Below, in pieces: positions 16,560 to 26,032 of a stretch of 33,868 nt of DNA. The stretch covers positions 1 to 33,868 of the forward strand of contig QCDI01000012.1 of the NCBI GenBank assembly GCA_003280965.1, in the 5' to 3' direction. The notes beneath the pieces were generated by a model that saw only the letters and a program-made list of their open reading frames with translations, had not been told where the DNA came from and did no database searches. Position numbers and translations under genes: made by a program. Position 1 is the stretch's first letter. The number at the start of each line of letters is the position of its first letter. The DNA comes from Prochlorococcus sp. AG-355-B18 (lineage in GTDB: Bacteria > Cyanobacteriota > Cyanobacteriia > PCC-6307 > Cyanobiaceae).

Positions 16560-18269
16560 ATGTCTTATAGAATTGATAGAAAAACTTATGCTCAAACCTA
16601 CGGACCTACTACTGGGGATAGAGTAAGGCTTGCCGATACAGAGCTAATAATAGAAGTGGAGAATGATTTAACTACTTACGGAGATGAAGTTAAATTTGGA
16701 GGTGGTAAAGTTATTCGAGATGGGATGGGTCAGTCTCAAGTAACAAGAGGAGATGGAGCTGTAGATACCGTAATAACTAATGCATTGATTGTAGATTGGT
16801 GGGGCATAATTAAGGCAGATGTTGGTTTAAAAGATGGAAAGATTTTTGAAATCGGAAAAGCTGGCAATCCTGATATTCAAGATAAAGTTAATATTGTTAT
16901 TGGCGCCTCAACAGAAGTAATAGCAGGAGAAGGACATATTCTTACTGCAGGATCAATAGATACTCATATACACTTTATCTGTCCTCAACAAATTGAATCG
17001 GCATTAGCTTCAGGAATTACAACAATGTTAGGAGGAGGTACTGGACCTGCTACAGGAACAAATGCCACTACATGCACTCCTGGCTCTTTTCATATTTCTC
17101 GGATGCTTCAATCTGCAGAAGCCTTCCCAATGAATTTAGGTTTTTTTGGTAAAGGGAATTCGACAAATGAGAAAAATCTCATTGATCAAGTTAATTCTGG
17201 GGCATGTGGATTGAAACTTCATGAGGATTGGGGAACGACTCCATCAACAATAAATTCTTGTCTTAATGTTGCAGATAAGTTTGATGTTCAAGTTTGTATT
17301 CACACTGATACTTTAAATGAGGCAGGCTTTGTCGAAGACACCATCAATGCTATTGCTGGAAGAACAATTCATACTTTTCATACTGAAGGTGCAGGTGGTG
17401 GCCATGCACCAGATATTATAAAAATTTGTGGTGAAAAAAACGTTCTTCCAAGCAGTACTAATCCAACAAGACCCTACACAAAAAACACATTAGAGGAACA
17501 CCTTGATATGCTAATGGTCTGTCATCATTTAGATTCTAAAATCCCAGAAGATATTGCATTTGCTGAATCAAGGATCAGAAGAGAGACCATTGCAGCGGAA
17601 GATATCCTTCATGATATAGGTGCCTTCTCAATTATCGCTAGTGACTCTCAGGCTATGGGAAGAGTTGGCGAAGTAATTACTAGAACTTTTCAAACTGCTC
17701 ATAAAATGAAAGTTCAAAGAGGACCTTTAACGCAGGATTCTGATAGGAACGATAATTACAGAGTAAAGAGATATATTTCTAAAGTTACAATCAATCCAGC
17801 AATAGCCCATGGTCTAAACAAATATGTTGGTTCTATAGAAAAGGGTAAAATTGCAGATTTAGTTTTGTGGAAACCTTCTTTTTTTGCTGTAAAGCCTGAA
17901 TTGGTTATTAAAGGTGGATCTATAGTTTGGTCACAAATGGGAGATGCAAATGCTTCAATTCCAACTCCAGGTCCTGTCCATGGTAGGCCTATGTTTGCAA
18001 ATTTTGGTCAATCCCTTATCAACAGTTCTCTCACCTTTTTAAGCAAAAATGCAATTGATCAAGATATTCCAAAAAAGTTAGGCTTACAAAAGAACTGCAT
18101 AGCTGTAGAAAATACGAGAAATATCAATAAATCATATTTAAAACTTAATAACAAACTACCAAACATTTCAGTAGATCCTCAAACTTATGAAGTTTTTTCA
18201 GATGGGGAACTTCTTACTTGCGAACCACTTAACGAAGTTCCCATGGCTCAGCGTTATTTTTTGCTTTAG
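16560..18269 (+). CDS. ureC: Urease alpha subunit
   Basis: Ni-site motifs [37 protein letters not shown] and SDSQAMGR are all intact. Confidence 0.99.
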   Translation: MSYRIDRKTYAQTYGPTTGDRVRLADTELIIEVENDLTTYGDEVKFGGGKVIRDGMGQSQVTRGDGAVDTVITNALIVDWWGIIKADVGLKDGKIFEIGKAGNPDIQDKVNIVIGASTEVIAGEGHILTAGSIDTHIHFICPQQIESALASGITTMLGGGTGPATGTNATTCTPGSFHISRMLQSAEAFPMNLGFFGKGNSTNEKNLIDQVNSGACGLKLHEDWGTTPSTINSCLNVADKFDVQVCIHTDTLNEAGFVEDTINAIAGRTIHTFHTEGAGGGHAPDIIKICGEKNVLPSSTNPTRPYTKNTLEEHLDMLMVCHHLDSKIPEDIAFAESRIRRETIAAEDILHDIGAFSIIASDSQAMGRVGEVITRTFQTAHKMKVQRGPLTQDSDRNDNYRVKRYISKVTINPAIAHGLNKYVGSIEKGKIADLVLWKPSFFAVKPELVIKGGSIVWSQMGDANASIPTPGPVHGRPMFANFGQSLINSSLTFLSKNAIDQDIPKKLGLQKNCIAVENTRNINKSYLKLNNKLPNISVDPQTYEVFSDGELLTCEPLNEVPMAQRYFLL

Positions 18270-19492
18270 AAGTTTTTAATTAATTCTTTTTCACTATTTT
18301 TTATATCTTTAGAACCCGCAATTTCCAAATCCTCTTGCAGTTTATTTTCACAAGAAAGAACTCTAGACCAACTTGGTAACTGCTGTGTTGTAGGGCAAGC
18401 TAGGTAATCTTCTGTAGCAGGTCTCAATAGTTTTGCAAATTTTTGAACTGATAGCTCTTCCTCATGTCTATCGTATGGAAGTTGATTTACTGCTGAATCT
18501 AAACCAAATTGCTTTACCCTATCTTCACCAACTCTTTTATAAAGAACTTCTAAAGTTGCTAATTGAGTGCTAGTTAATGTCTCTGCTTGATGCTCCATAA
18601 GACCTCTCAAAACACTTGAGAGGATTTCAGTACACATTTTTTGCAATCCTTCTTTAGAAGAATCACCAATATTTTTATGTTTATGATCAAACAAACCTAA
18701 ATCAACTTGAGCAATTTTCGAGGTTCTAACGTTTCTATAAACTTCTGATAGTAAGCCTATTTCTAAACCCCAGTCACAAGGAATTCTTAAATTCATGGCA
18801 AGGTCTTTTGTAAAAGCAAACTCGCCAGCTAGTGGATATCTAAATGATTGAAGATATTGTAAAAAAGGTCCCTTCCCTACTAACTGCTCTAAACTTGCTA
18901 AAAGAGGCCCAACAAATAATCTTGTTGCTCTTCCTTGTAATTGGTTTGTTTCTAGGGATAATCTGCTATAAAAAGCTTTTACATAAGATATTCCATATGA
19001 TTCATCAAGAAGCGGAAGTATCATCCTGGAAGGATATAAAGGACTAAAAGTTCTTATGTCAGCATCAAAAAGAGCAACTACCTCTGATTTTCTAGTGGCA
19101 ACCCCTATGCCTTGCCAGACAGCCCATCCTTTACCAGGAGTCCCCAAAAGTTCTAACCCATTTTTTTCTTGGTTTTTTAATAGCTCTATTACAGAGGGAG
19201 AATTAGTCCATTGAACATGAACTGGGAATGGCATCGAGTCAAAAAATGATTTTGCTGCTTTAACTTGCTCAATTGTTTTTGCAGATAGAGCTATAACCAA
19301 TTCATTTAATCCTGTCAGTTTTCTTAAAACTTCTCTAATATCTTTTAATGCTGGACGTTCAAATTCTTCATATAAGCAGGGAATTAGTATGGCTGTTGAT
19401 CTTTTTTTAAGATTTTTGTTTAGTTCTATAAGTAGATCGTCAGCTACACCGTATTCATGTATTGTTGTGATTAAACCTTGTTGAAAGTCCAT
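18266..19492 (-). CDS. gpgS: Glucosyl-3-phosphoglycerate synthase
   Basis: [12 protein letters not shown] start, GKG(W)AVW, DADI (DxD), YPLAGEF, DWGLEIG, DHKH. Confidence 0.88.
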   Translation of the reverse strand: MDFQQGLITTIHEYGVADDLLIELNKNLKKRSTAILIPCLYEEFERPALKDIREVLRKLTGLNELVIALSAKTIEQVKAAKSFFDSMPFPVHVQWTNSPSVIELLKNQEKNGLELLGTPGKGWAVWQGIGVATRKSEVVALFDADIRTFSPLYPSRMILPLLDESYGISYVKAFYSRLSLETNQLQGRATRLFVGPLLASLEQLVGKGPFLQYLQSFRYPLAGEFAFTKDLAMNLRIPCDWGLEIGLLSEVYRNVRTSKIAQVDLGLFDHKHKNIGDSSKEGLQKMCTEILSSVLRGLMEHQAETLTSTQLATLEVLYKRVGEDRVKQFGLDSAVNQLPYDRHEEELSVQKFAKLLRPATEDYLACPTTQQLPSWSRVLSCENKLQEDLEIAGSKDIKNSEKELIKNF

Positions 19493-19542
19493 TTTCTAAT
19501 TGATGTGCAGAATAGTGTTAATACTTCGATAATTTTTTCAAA

Positions 19543-21309
19543 GTGAAACAAATTGACTCAGAGAAAGAATTAGATAGATTAAAACTGTATAAGTTGTTGG
19601 AAACAATTTATTCAAATAATACTACAGAAGAAATTAATTTTCTTTCAAATCAATTATTACAGATTTTAGATAATTTCTCTGAGAAATCTTCTTATGAAGA
19701 AATAAGTGATAAGGAAAGGTGGAATCAATCACATTCGGTTTTAATAACTTATGCAGATAGTATTTATAAAAATGGGGAGCCAACATTAATTACTCTTAGA
19801 GACTTGTTAAGTAACCATTTTGGAAGCCTTTCAAAAGTTGTACATATTCTTCCTTTTCTCAAATCCACAAGTGATGGAGGTTTTGCAGTATCAAGTTATG
19901 ATTCCCTAGAAGAAAAATTTGGTGATTGGAATGATCTCAAAAGTATCTCTAAAAATCATGTTTTGATGGCTGATCTAGTACTTAACCATGTTTCATCATC
20001 TCACCCATGGGTTCAACAATTTATAAAGTGCCAAGAACCAGGTATATCAAATGTTTTTTCACCGGAACAAAATCTTGATTGGTCGAATGTAGTGAGACCA
20101 AGAAGTTCATCTTTGTTTTCTCAAATAAATACAGAAAATGGTCCAAAACAAGTTTGGACAACTTTCGGTCCAGATCAAATTGATTTGAATTGGCAAAATC
20201 CAAAAATGACACTTGAGTTCTTAAATTTGATTATTTCATATCTATCTAATGGTATTAAATGGTTAAGGCTAGATGCAGTAGGGTTTATCTGGAAGGAATC
20301 AGGAACTACTTGCTTGCATTTGCCAAAAGCACATTCAATAGTAAAAATTTTAAGAATTCTTTTAAATAATTTGCTTGATAATGGAGTTTTAATAACAGAA
20401 ACTAATGTTCCTCAGAAGGAAAATTTATCTTATCTCATTACTGAAGATGAAGCACATATGGCCTATAATTTTCCATTACCTCCTCTTCTACTAGAGGCAA
20501 TTATTACTTCAAGAGCAGATATTCTAAACTTATGGATATCTGATTGGCCACAATTACCTTTTGATACCACTCTTTTTAATTTCACAGCATCACATGATGG
20601 CGTTGGGCTAAGAGCACTAGAGGGTCTAATGAATGAGCAGAGAATTAAAGGTTTATTAATTAATTGCGAAAAAAGAGGGGGACTCGTAAGTCATAGAAGG
20701 TTGTCAAATGGGGAAGATAAACCTTATGAATTGAATATTAGTTGGTGGAGCGCTATGGAAGACTCAAGTAGAGATTCTAATCGATTCCAATTTGAAAGAT
20801 TTATTTTAACCCAATTATTAGTCATGGCTTTGAAAGGTGTGCCTGCATTTTATTTGCCAGCATTACTCGCTTCCGAAAATGATATTAAAAGTTTTTCTAT
20901 GACAGGTCAAAGAAGAGATCTAAATCGAGAAAAATTTAAATTAGATAATCTTGTTTCCGTTTTAAATAATCCTGAATCTAATGCTAATAAAAATATAAAA
21001 TATCTAGGTAATGCGATGGATATTAGATCAAAATTAGAGCAATTTCATCCAAGTTCTGAAATGGAATGTTTGTCTAAAGGTAGAAGTGATATTGTTGTAA
21101 TCAAAAGAGGTAAAGGCCCAAAATCTGTTTTTGCAATCCATAATATGACAGAAAATAAAATCAATTATCAACTAGATGATTACGATTTGCCAGAATTAAT
21201 TGATAATGTTTTTAATATGAAGGATTTTTTAGCATCCACTAAATACAATTGGAAAAATATTAGTCTTGACCCTTTTCAAGTTATTTGGCTTGGTTCTCTA
21301 ATGAAATGA
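19543..21309 (+). CDS. GH13_18 sugar phosphorylase, probably glucosylglycerate phosphorylase
   Basis: LITYADS, DLVLNHVS, WTTFGPDQIDLN, RLDAV, TETNV, ASHDG, KPYELN; GTG start; sits among gpgS, gpgP and glycerate kinase. Confidence 0.85.
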   Translation: MKQIDSEKELDRLKLYKLLETIYSNNTTEEINFLSNQLLQILDNFSEKSSYEEISDKERWNQSHSVLITYADSIYKNGEPTLITLRDLLSNHFGSLSKVVHILPFLKSTSDGGFAVSSYDSLEEKFGDWNDLKSISKNHVLMADLVLNHVSSSHPWVQQFIKCQEPGISNVFSPEQNLDWSNVVRPRSSSLFSQINTENGPKQVWTTFGPDQIDLNWQNPKMTLEFLNLIISYLSNGIKWLRLDAVGFIWKESGTTCLHLPKAHSIVKILRILLNNLLDNGVLITETNVPQKENLSYLITEDEAHMAYNFPLPPLLLEAIITSRADILNLWISDWPQLPFDTTLFNFTASHDGVGLRALEGLMNEQRIKGLLINCEKRGGLVSHRRLSNGEDKPYELNISWWSAMEDSSRDSNRFQFERFILTQLLVMALKGVPAFYLPALLASENDIKSFSMTGQRRDLNREKFKLDNLVSVLNNPESNANKNIKYLGNAMDIRSKLEQFHPSSEMECLSKGRSDIVVIKRGKGPKSVFAIHNMTENKINYQLDDYDLPELIDNVFNMKDFLASTKYNWKNISLDPFQVIWLGSLMK

Positions 21310-22103
21310 TAGAAAATTCTTCTATATGGGTTGTGAGTGATGTAGATGGTACATTAATGGATCACTCCTACGATTTAACGCCTGCTAAAGAAACAATAAA
21401 AACTCTTCAAAAATTATCCATACCTGTAATTCTATGTACAAGTAAGACAGCTGCTGAAGTAAAGGTCATCAGAAAGGATCTAAATCTTACAGATCCTTAT
21501 ATTGTTGAGAATGGTGCGGCAATATATGGTGAATCTCTTAAAAATGTAAATGGAGAGATTATTCTTGGTAAAAAGTACGAAACACTTGAAGAAATCTTAA
21601 ATCTTATTTCTAAAGAAATCGATTACGAACTAATTCCTCTTAATAATCTTTCCGACTCTGATGCAACTAAGCTTACAGGATTAAAAGGAAATTCATTAAC
21701 TTTAATGAGAGATAGACACTGGAGTATGCCTTTTTTGAATCCACCTAGTTTTTTAGAAAAAAGAATAAATATCTGTTGCAAAAAGTACAAAGTAGATATT
21801 TTTAAAGGAAACAGAATGAGTCACTTATTATCTATAGACTCTAATAAAGGGAAAGCAATAAAAGCTTTAAAAAAATATTCAAATAATCAAGATTTTAAAA
21901 TTATAGGTTTGGGTGACTCTCCAAATGATTTGCCTTTACTTTTAAATTCAGATATTAAAATTGTTATTCCTAGTATAAATGGACCTAATTTAAATTTATT
22001 GGATCAATTAAAAAATTTAGAATTTACCTTAGCTTCAGAACCTAATGGATATGGTTGGAAAAATGAAATTAATAAATTGATAAATGAGCTAAAACTAATT
22101 TAG
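21306..22103 (+). CDS. gpgP: Glucosyl-3-phosphoglycerate phosphatase (HAD IIB, MpgP/GpgP family)
   Basis: SDVDGTL, CTSKT, ENGA, GDSPND. ATG at 21306 forms an ATGA overlap with the upstream stop. Confidence 0.88.
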   Translation: MIENSSIWVVSDVDGTLMDHSYDLTPAKETIKTLQKLSIPVILCTSKTAAEVKVIRKDLNLTDPYIVENGAAIYGESLKNVNGEIILGKKYETLEEILNLISKEIDYELIPLNNLSDSDATKLTGLKGNSLTLMRDRHWSMPFLNPPSFLEKRINICCKKYKVDIFKGNRMSHLLSIDSNKGKAIKALKKYSNNQDFKIIGLGDSPNDLPLLLNSDIKIVIPSINGPNLNLLDQLKNLEFTLASEPNGYGWKNEINKLINELKLI

Positions 22104-22107
22104 AAAC

Positions 22108-23055
22108 GTGAAAGATTTAAACATTAATTTTCCACTTGATAAATTTGAAAAATTAATTATTGATATTGGCTGGGAATCAATGGATGATTGGTTCAATTTT
22201 TGGAAAAATCAAAAAAATATTCTTTCTATTGATCAATTCTGGAACAATAAAGTAAATGATGATTGGATTTGGGGTTTAGCTTTACCTCTATTATCTCAGG
22301 CGTATAAATTTAAAAATAATTTTTCTGATCGAAGAATAATTGGGATTTCAGCTCTCCCTGGTACAGGTAAAACAACTTTAGGTAATTGGCTTGAGGCAAT
22401 ATCGTTAAAATTAGATTTCAAGATTGCTGTTATTTCAATAGACGATTTTTATCTTCCCTCACATGAAATGAAATTAGCAATCAAAAATAACCCTTGGAGT
22501 GTCTCTAGAGGTTTTCCTGGAAGTCATTCAGTTAAATTAATGCATGATAAATTACTTAATTGGAAGATAAGTGGAGAGTTAAATGTACCGGTTTTCGATA
22601 AATCTTTAAGAAATGGCTTAGGAGATAGATCTTATTGGAGATCAGATAATCCTGATTTGTTAATTATTGAGGGATGGTTTTTGGGAGTAGAACCTTTATC
22701 GATTGATATTGATGAACAACAACAGATCAAATCATTAAATTTGAGTCATCATGAATCCATTTATAGATCCAATATACAAAAAAATCTACATTCATATAAA
22801 CATGTTTGGGGTTTATTAGACAATATTTGGCACTTAAAGCCATTGAAGTTTGAATATATGAATATGTGGAAATCAAATCAAGAAAAAGAAATGTTATCAC
22901 AGAGAGGAAGTGCACTTCAGGATGAAAAATTATCAAATTTTTTGAGAATGCTCAATGTATCTATACCTCATAAAAGTTTTGATCTTGTAAATTCTTATGC
23001 AATGTTTCTAATTGATCAAGAGAGAAATTTAGTTGATGCCGGATTAAGTGGGTAG
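22108..23055 (+). CDS. P-loop kinase, plant GLYK-type D-glycerate 3-kinase
   Basis: ISALPGTGKTT, SIDDFYL, RGFPGSH, PVFDKSL..G.GDR, EGWFLG. Confidence 0.8.
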   Translation: MKDLNINFPLDKFEKLIIDIGWESMDDWFNFWKNQKNILSIDQFWNNKVNDDWIWGLALPLLSQAYKFKNNFSDRRIIGISALPGTGKTTLGNWLEAISLKLDFKIAVISIDDFYLPSHEMKLAIKNNPWSVSRGFPGSHSVKLMHDKLLNWKISGELNVPVFDKSLRNGLGDRSYWRSDNPDLLIIEGWFLGVEPLSIDIDEQQQIKSLNLSHHESIYRSNIQKNLHSYKHVWGLLDNIWHLKPLKFEYMNMWKSNQEKEMLSQRGSALQDEKLSNFLRMLNVSIPHKSFDLVNSYAMFLIDQERNLVDAGLSG

Positions 23056-23081
23056 TATTTCCTAAATTTCTTTTTTTTTCA

Positions 23082-23124
23082 GTGATTTTTTATACATTAT
23101 TTGTGCATCTAAATGGTGTTTAAT
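23082..23124 (+). promoter_or_regulatory. Putative NtcA site and -10 for the DUF1830 gene
   Basis: GTG-N8-TAC (GTGATTTTTTATAC, 23082-23095), 23 nt, then TTTAAT (23119-23124). Confidence 0.55.
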
Positions 23125-23147
23125 TGTATGTGCTTTGTTGTTTTGAG

Positions 23148-23375
23148 ATGGTTGAATTTTCGTACAAAAATGAAGGTTGCAGGATGGTTGTTTTGAGATG
23201 TATTGGTCCATCAAACTTTTTTTTAGAAAGAGTTTTATTTCCAACGGATATTCTAACTTTTATGGCTCCAAATGATTCAAGAGTTGAAATCTGGGGGAAT
23301 GAATTATATGGTCCTAAATTGGAAGAGAGAATAAGAATATCATCTGATAGTGAAGATTCTTCTCTAGTTGCCTAG
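23148..23375 (+). CDS. DUF1830 family protein
   Basis: Y.N....MVVLRC.GP..FFLERVLFP.....F.AP...VEIW pattern; ATG at 23148. Confidence 0.8.
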   Translation: MVEFSYKNEGCRMVVLRCIGPSNFFLERVLFPTDILTFMAPNDSRVEIWGNELYGPKLEERIRISSDSEDSSLVA

Positions 23376-23465
23376 AAAAGTATTTTTGTAATTGTCTTCG
23401 AGTCCATATTTTTTACAATAACTTATTTTTTATTGATATTATCTAACTAGTTTTTGTTTTTAGTG

Positions 23466-23591
23466 ATGCATTATTTTTCTTCATTTGCTATAGGAGGCTT
23501 TGTCCCATCTGCAGCTATTGCTGGGATTTTACTTTTAGTTGGTTTAGGTGCCTTCTTTTATCTTGGTATCAAAGGACCTACCGATTATTAA
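23466..23591 (+). CDS. Small single-pass membrane protein (41 aa, not in ORF track)
   Basis: MHYFSSFAIGGFVPSAAIAGILLLVGLGAFFYLGIKGPTDY; clearly higher GC than the flanks. Confidence 0.7.
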   Translation: MHYFSSFAIGGFVPSAAIAGILLLVGLGAFFYLGIKGPTDY

Positions 23592-23654
23592 AACTTAATT
23601 TAATTAGCAAATGGTTATTTAAATAATCTATAACCCTATTAATTCAATTTAATT

Positions 23655-23789
23655 ATGGATCTTACTACTATTTTATTTATATTAAGTTTGCCATTCGTTT
23701 TATTAACAGTATACTTTGGCACAAAAAATGACTTTTACGAAAGTGAAAATTATAAAGGTGATGGCTGTGCTCACGATGTGAAAAGGTAA
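23655..23789 (+). CDS. ndhP: NDH-1L complex small subunit NdhP (44 aa, not in ORF track)
   Basis: MDLTTILFILSLPFVLLTVYFGTKNDFYESENYKGDGCAHDVKR: a TM helix plus FGT.N.FY....Y.G.G.AH, the NdhP/NDF6 signature. Confidence 0.85.
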   Translation: MDLTTILFILSLPFVLLTVYFGTKNDFYESENYKGDGCAHDVKR

Positions 23790-23794
23790 CTTTC

Positions 23795-24073
23795 TCAAGT
23801 ATTGCCGCTAAACACACAAGTCCATTTACTATCAAATTGCCAGACTGGTTTATATATCTCTTTTGAAATTTTTTCACCTGCTTTTTTACAAGTATCCAAG
23901 TCCTTCATTGGAAGAGAGTGTAATGAAGGGCTTGTTATTCCACTCACCTCCGGTCTACCTCCAGGACCTTGTCTGTATGTTCCAATTACTAACCAATAAT
24001 TAGCCTTTACAGAATCAGAAAAAAAGAATAGTGATAAAAGAAAAAATAGTATTGGGGTAAATTTTTTTTTCAT
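23795..24073 (-). CDS. Hypothetical exported protein (92 aa)
   Basis: Signal peptide ending VKA, then NYWLVIG and a Cys pair (TCKKAG...WTCV). Confidence 0.75.
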   Translation of the reverse strand: MKKKFTPILFFLLSLFFFSDSVKANYWLVIGTYRQGPGGRPEVSGITSPSLHSLPMKDLDTCKKAGEKISKEIYKPVWQFDSKWTCVFSGNT

Positions 24074-24156
24074 TTATTTATATTAGCTTTTACTTATTAA
24101 ATGTAAATTGAATTTTGTAAATTGCTATTAATTAAATAGGTAATTTATATAAGTTT

Positions 24157-24957
24157 TTGGAATATTTAGAATTTTTTTTATATGGCTTAATTCAAGGTTT
24201 AACAGAATTTATTCCTGTAAGTAGTACTGCTCATTTAAAAGTCATATCTCTTCTTTTAGGTATTGACGATCCAGGCTCCTCATTATCTGCAATAATTCAA
24301 CTAGGTAGTATTTTGGCTTTATTTTGGTACTTTAGGAATGATTTTTTTAAATTAAGACGTCAATCTACAAAAAACCTCTTTGATTATTTCTTACATCAAA
24401 GGTTATTAAGATCTATTTTGATTGGTACTGTCCCAATTGTTTTGTTTGGTGGGAGCATAAAATTATTTACACCTTATTTTTTTGAAAAGATTCTTCGTTC
24501 AAATTTATCAATAGCATTAGTTTCCTTCATAATGGCTATATTTATGTACCTAGCGGAAATATCGAAAAAAGGTTCTATAAATTTAAAAAATCATAACTAT
24601 TCAGATAGCTTTTTGATTGGTGTTTCTCAAGCCTTTGCTATTTTACCTGGCGTTTCAAGATCTGGCATTACTATTTCTACCGCTTTAGTAACCGGTTGGG
24701 AAAGAGTTGATGCTGCTAAATTCTCCTTTATTTTAGGCATACCTGCTATATCTATTGCTGCAATTGTTGAGTTCATTTCTTCTTTTGATGAACTTTATTC
24801 ATTTAGTTTTTTCCCTCTACTTTTCGGACTTTTTACGACATTTCTATCTTCATTATTTGCTATCGATTTCTTATTAAAATATTTTTCTTCAAATGGTTTG
24901 AAATTATTTATTATCTATCGGGTTGTATTCGGTGTTGTAATTCTTTTGAATTTATAA
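24157..24957 (+). CDS. uppP: Undecaprenyl-diphosphate phosphatase
   Basis: QGLTEFIPVSSTAHL, IQLGS, PGVSRSG, AAKFSF; TTG start. Confidence 0.96.
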   Translation: MEYLEFFLYGLIQGLTEFIPVSSTAHLKVISLLLGIDDPGSSLSAIIQLGSILALFWYFRNDFFKLRRQSTKNLFDYFLHQRLLRSILIGTVPIVLFGGSIKLFTPYFFEKILRSNLSIALVSFIMAIFMYLAEISKKGSINLKNHNYSDSFLIGVSQAFAILPGVSRSGITISTALVTGWERVDAAKFSFILGIPAISIAAIVEFISSFDELYSFSFFPLLFGLFTTFLSSLFAIDFLLKYFSSNGLKLFIIYRVVFGVVILLNL

Positions 24958-25010
24958 TTCGATGAAAAAATTTTTTTAATTATGTTAATGTTGAAAAAAA
25001 GTTATGTTTA

Positions 25011-25163
25011 ATGAATATTTTTATATCTTTACAACTTGGAGAAGTTGAAGTTTCAAACTTTACGATATTAGTGTTAGCCTTTTTTTCCTCTTTTACTTTT
25101 ATAGCTGTCGGTATAAGCTCATATAAGCTATACAAATCTCTCATAAATGATGATGAAAAATGA
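25011..25163 (+). CDS. Small membrane protein (50 aa, not in ORF track)
   Basis: MNIFISLQLGEVEVSNFTILVLAFFSSFTFIAVGISSYKLYKSLINDDEK; single TM helix. Confidence 0.55.
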   Translation: MNIFISLQLGEVEVSNFTILVLAFFSSFTFIAVGISSYKLYKSLINDDEK

Positions 25164-25237
25164 TCGGAACGGCGGGATTTGAACCCACGACCCCCACTAC
25201 CCCAAAGTGGTGCGCTACCAAACTGCGCTACGCCCCG
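25164..25237 (-). tRNA. tRNA-Pro(GGG)
   Basis: CGGGGCGTAGCGCAGTTTGGTAGCGCACCACTTTGGGGTAGTGGGGGTCGTGGGTTCAAATCCCGCCGTTCCGA; anticodon arm CCACT-TTGGGGT-AGTGG; CCA not encoded. Confidence 0.97.
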
Positions 25238-25265
25238 TATTATTACTATAAAGATAAGATGTATG

Positions 25266-25994
25266 TTAAATGTTATTCTTTATAGGATTGTTATCAGATC
25301 TCAATACACACTTATCAACTTCCCAATTAAAGTTTTCCCAAATATTATCTTTTAATATGTAATTACTTCCTGTAAAACTTCCTAACTTAACTTTTGTAGG
25401 GGAAGCTGAACAATACTGTCTGCTGCCTGCAGATGCAAGATATTGTTGATGATACTGTTCCGCATAAAAATAGGTATCAATCATTTTTATTTCTGTTTCG
25501 ATATAACCAAGATTTTTTTTATTAAGTTCTTTTTGATATTGTTCTTTACTAGCTAAGATGATTTTTTTATTATTTTCATTTTTATAATATATTGCTGACC
25601 TATACTGAGTCCCAATATCATTACCTTGTCTATTTTTTTGTGTAGGATCATGACACTCCCAAAACATTTTTAATAGATCGCTGATATCTATTTCACTTTT
25701 ATTCCAGATAACTCTTACAACTTCTGAATGCCCAGTTAAACCTGAACATACTTCGTAATAAGTTGGGTTGCTCTTATTACCACCAGCGTACCCTACGGAA
25801 GTTGTTACAACTCCTGGAAGTTTCCAAAAACATTTTTCAGCTCCCCAGAAACAACCACAACCAAATATTATTTCATCTTCTTGAAGATTAGGATCTTTTT
25901 TGATATCTGACTTTAATATTCTATGAACTGAATTATCATCGTTTGTAAGACTTGTATCTTTATTATTCATGATATTTTTTAGAAATTCAAACAT
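25266..25994 (-). CDS. msrA: Peptide methionine (S)-S-oxide reductase
   Basis: GCFWGAE, GYAGG, HDPTQ.NRQGND.GTQYRS, AEQYHQQYL. Confidence 0.96.
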   Translation of the reverse strand: MFEFLKNIMNNKDTSLTNDDNSVHRILKSDIKKDPNLQEDEIIFGCGCFWGAEKCFWKLPGVVTTSVGYAGGNKSNPTYYEVCSGLTGHSEVVRVIWNKSEIDISDLLKMFWECHDPTQKNRQGNDIGTQYRSAIYYKNENNKKIILASKEQYQKELNKKNLGYIETEIKMIDTYFYAEQYHQQYLASAGSRQYCSASPTKVKLGSFTGSNYILKDNIWENFNWEVDKCVLRSDNNPIKNNI

Positions 25995-26032
25995 AACTTA
26001 AATGTATATATCATAAGTTAAAAGTCCTACTT

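Noticed and set aside
19493..19542. Expected NtcA site for gpgS
   Set aside because: No GTA/GTG/GTT-N8-TAC match found by eye in the 50-bp spacer or adjacent sequence.
18844..23244. Track ORFs 18844-19047, 20021-20212, 22727-22936 and 23062-23244
   Set aside because: Antisense shadows of well-supported genes.
23677..23999. Track ORFs 23677-23877 and 23802-23999
   Set aside because: They overlap ndhP and the signal-peptide gene, which are better supported.
24102..24124. TGTAAATTG direct repeat between the exported-protein gene and uppP
   Set aside because: Only two copies of an AT-rich 9-mer in very AT-rich DNA; not distinguishable from chance.
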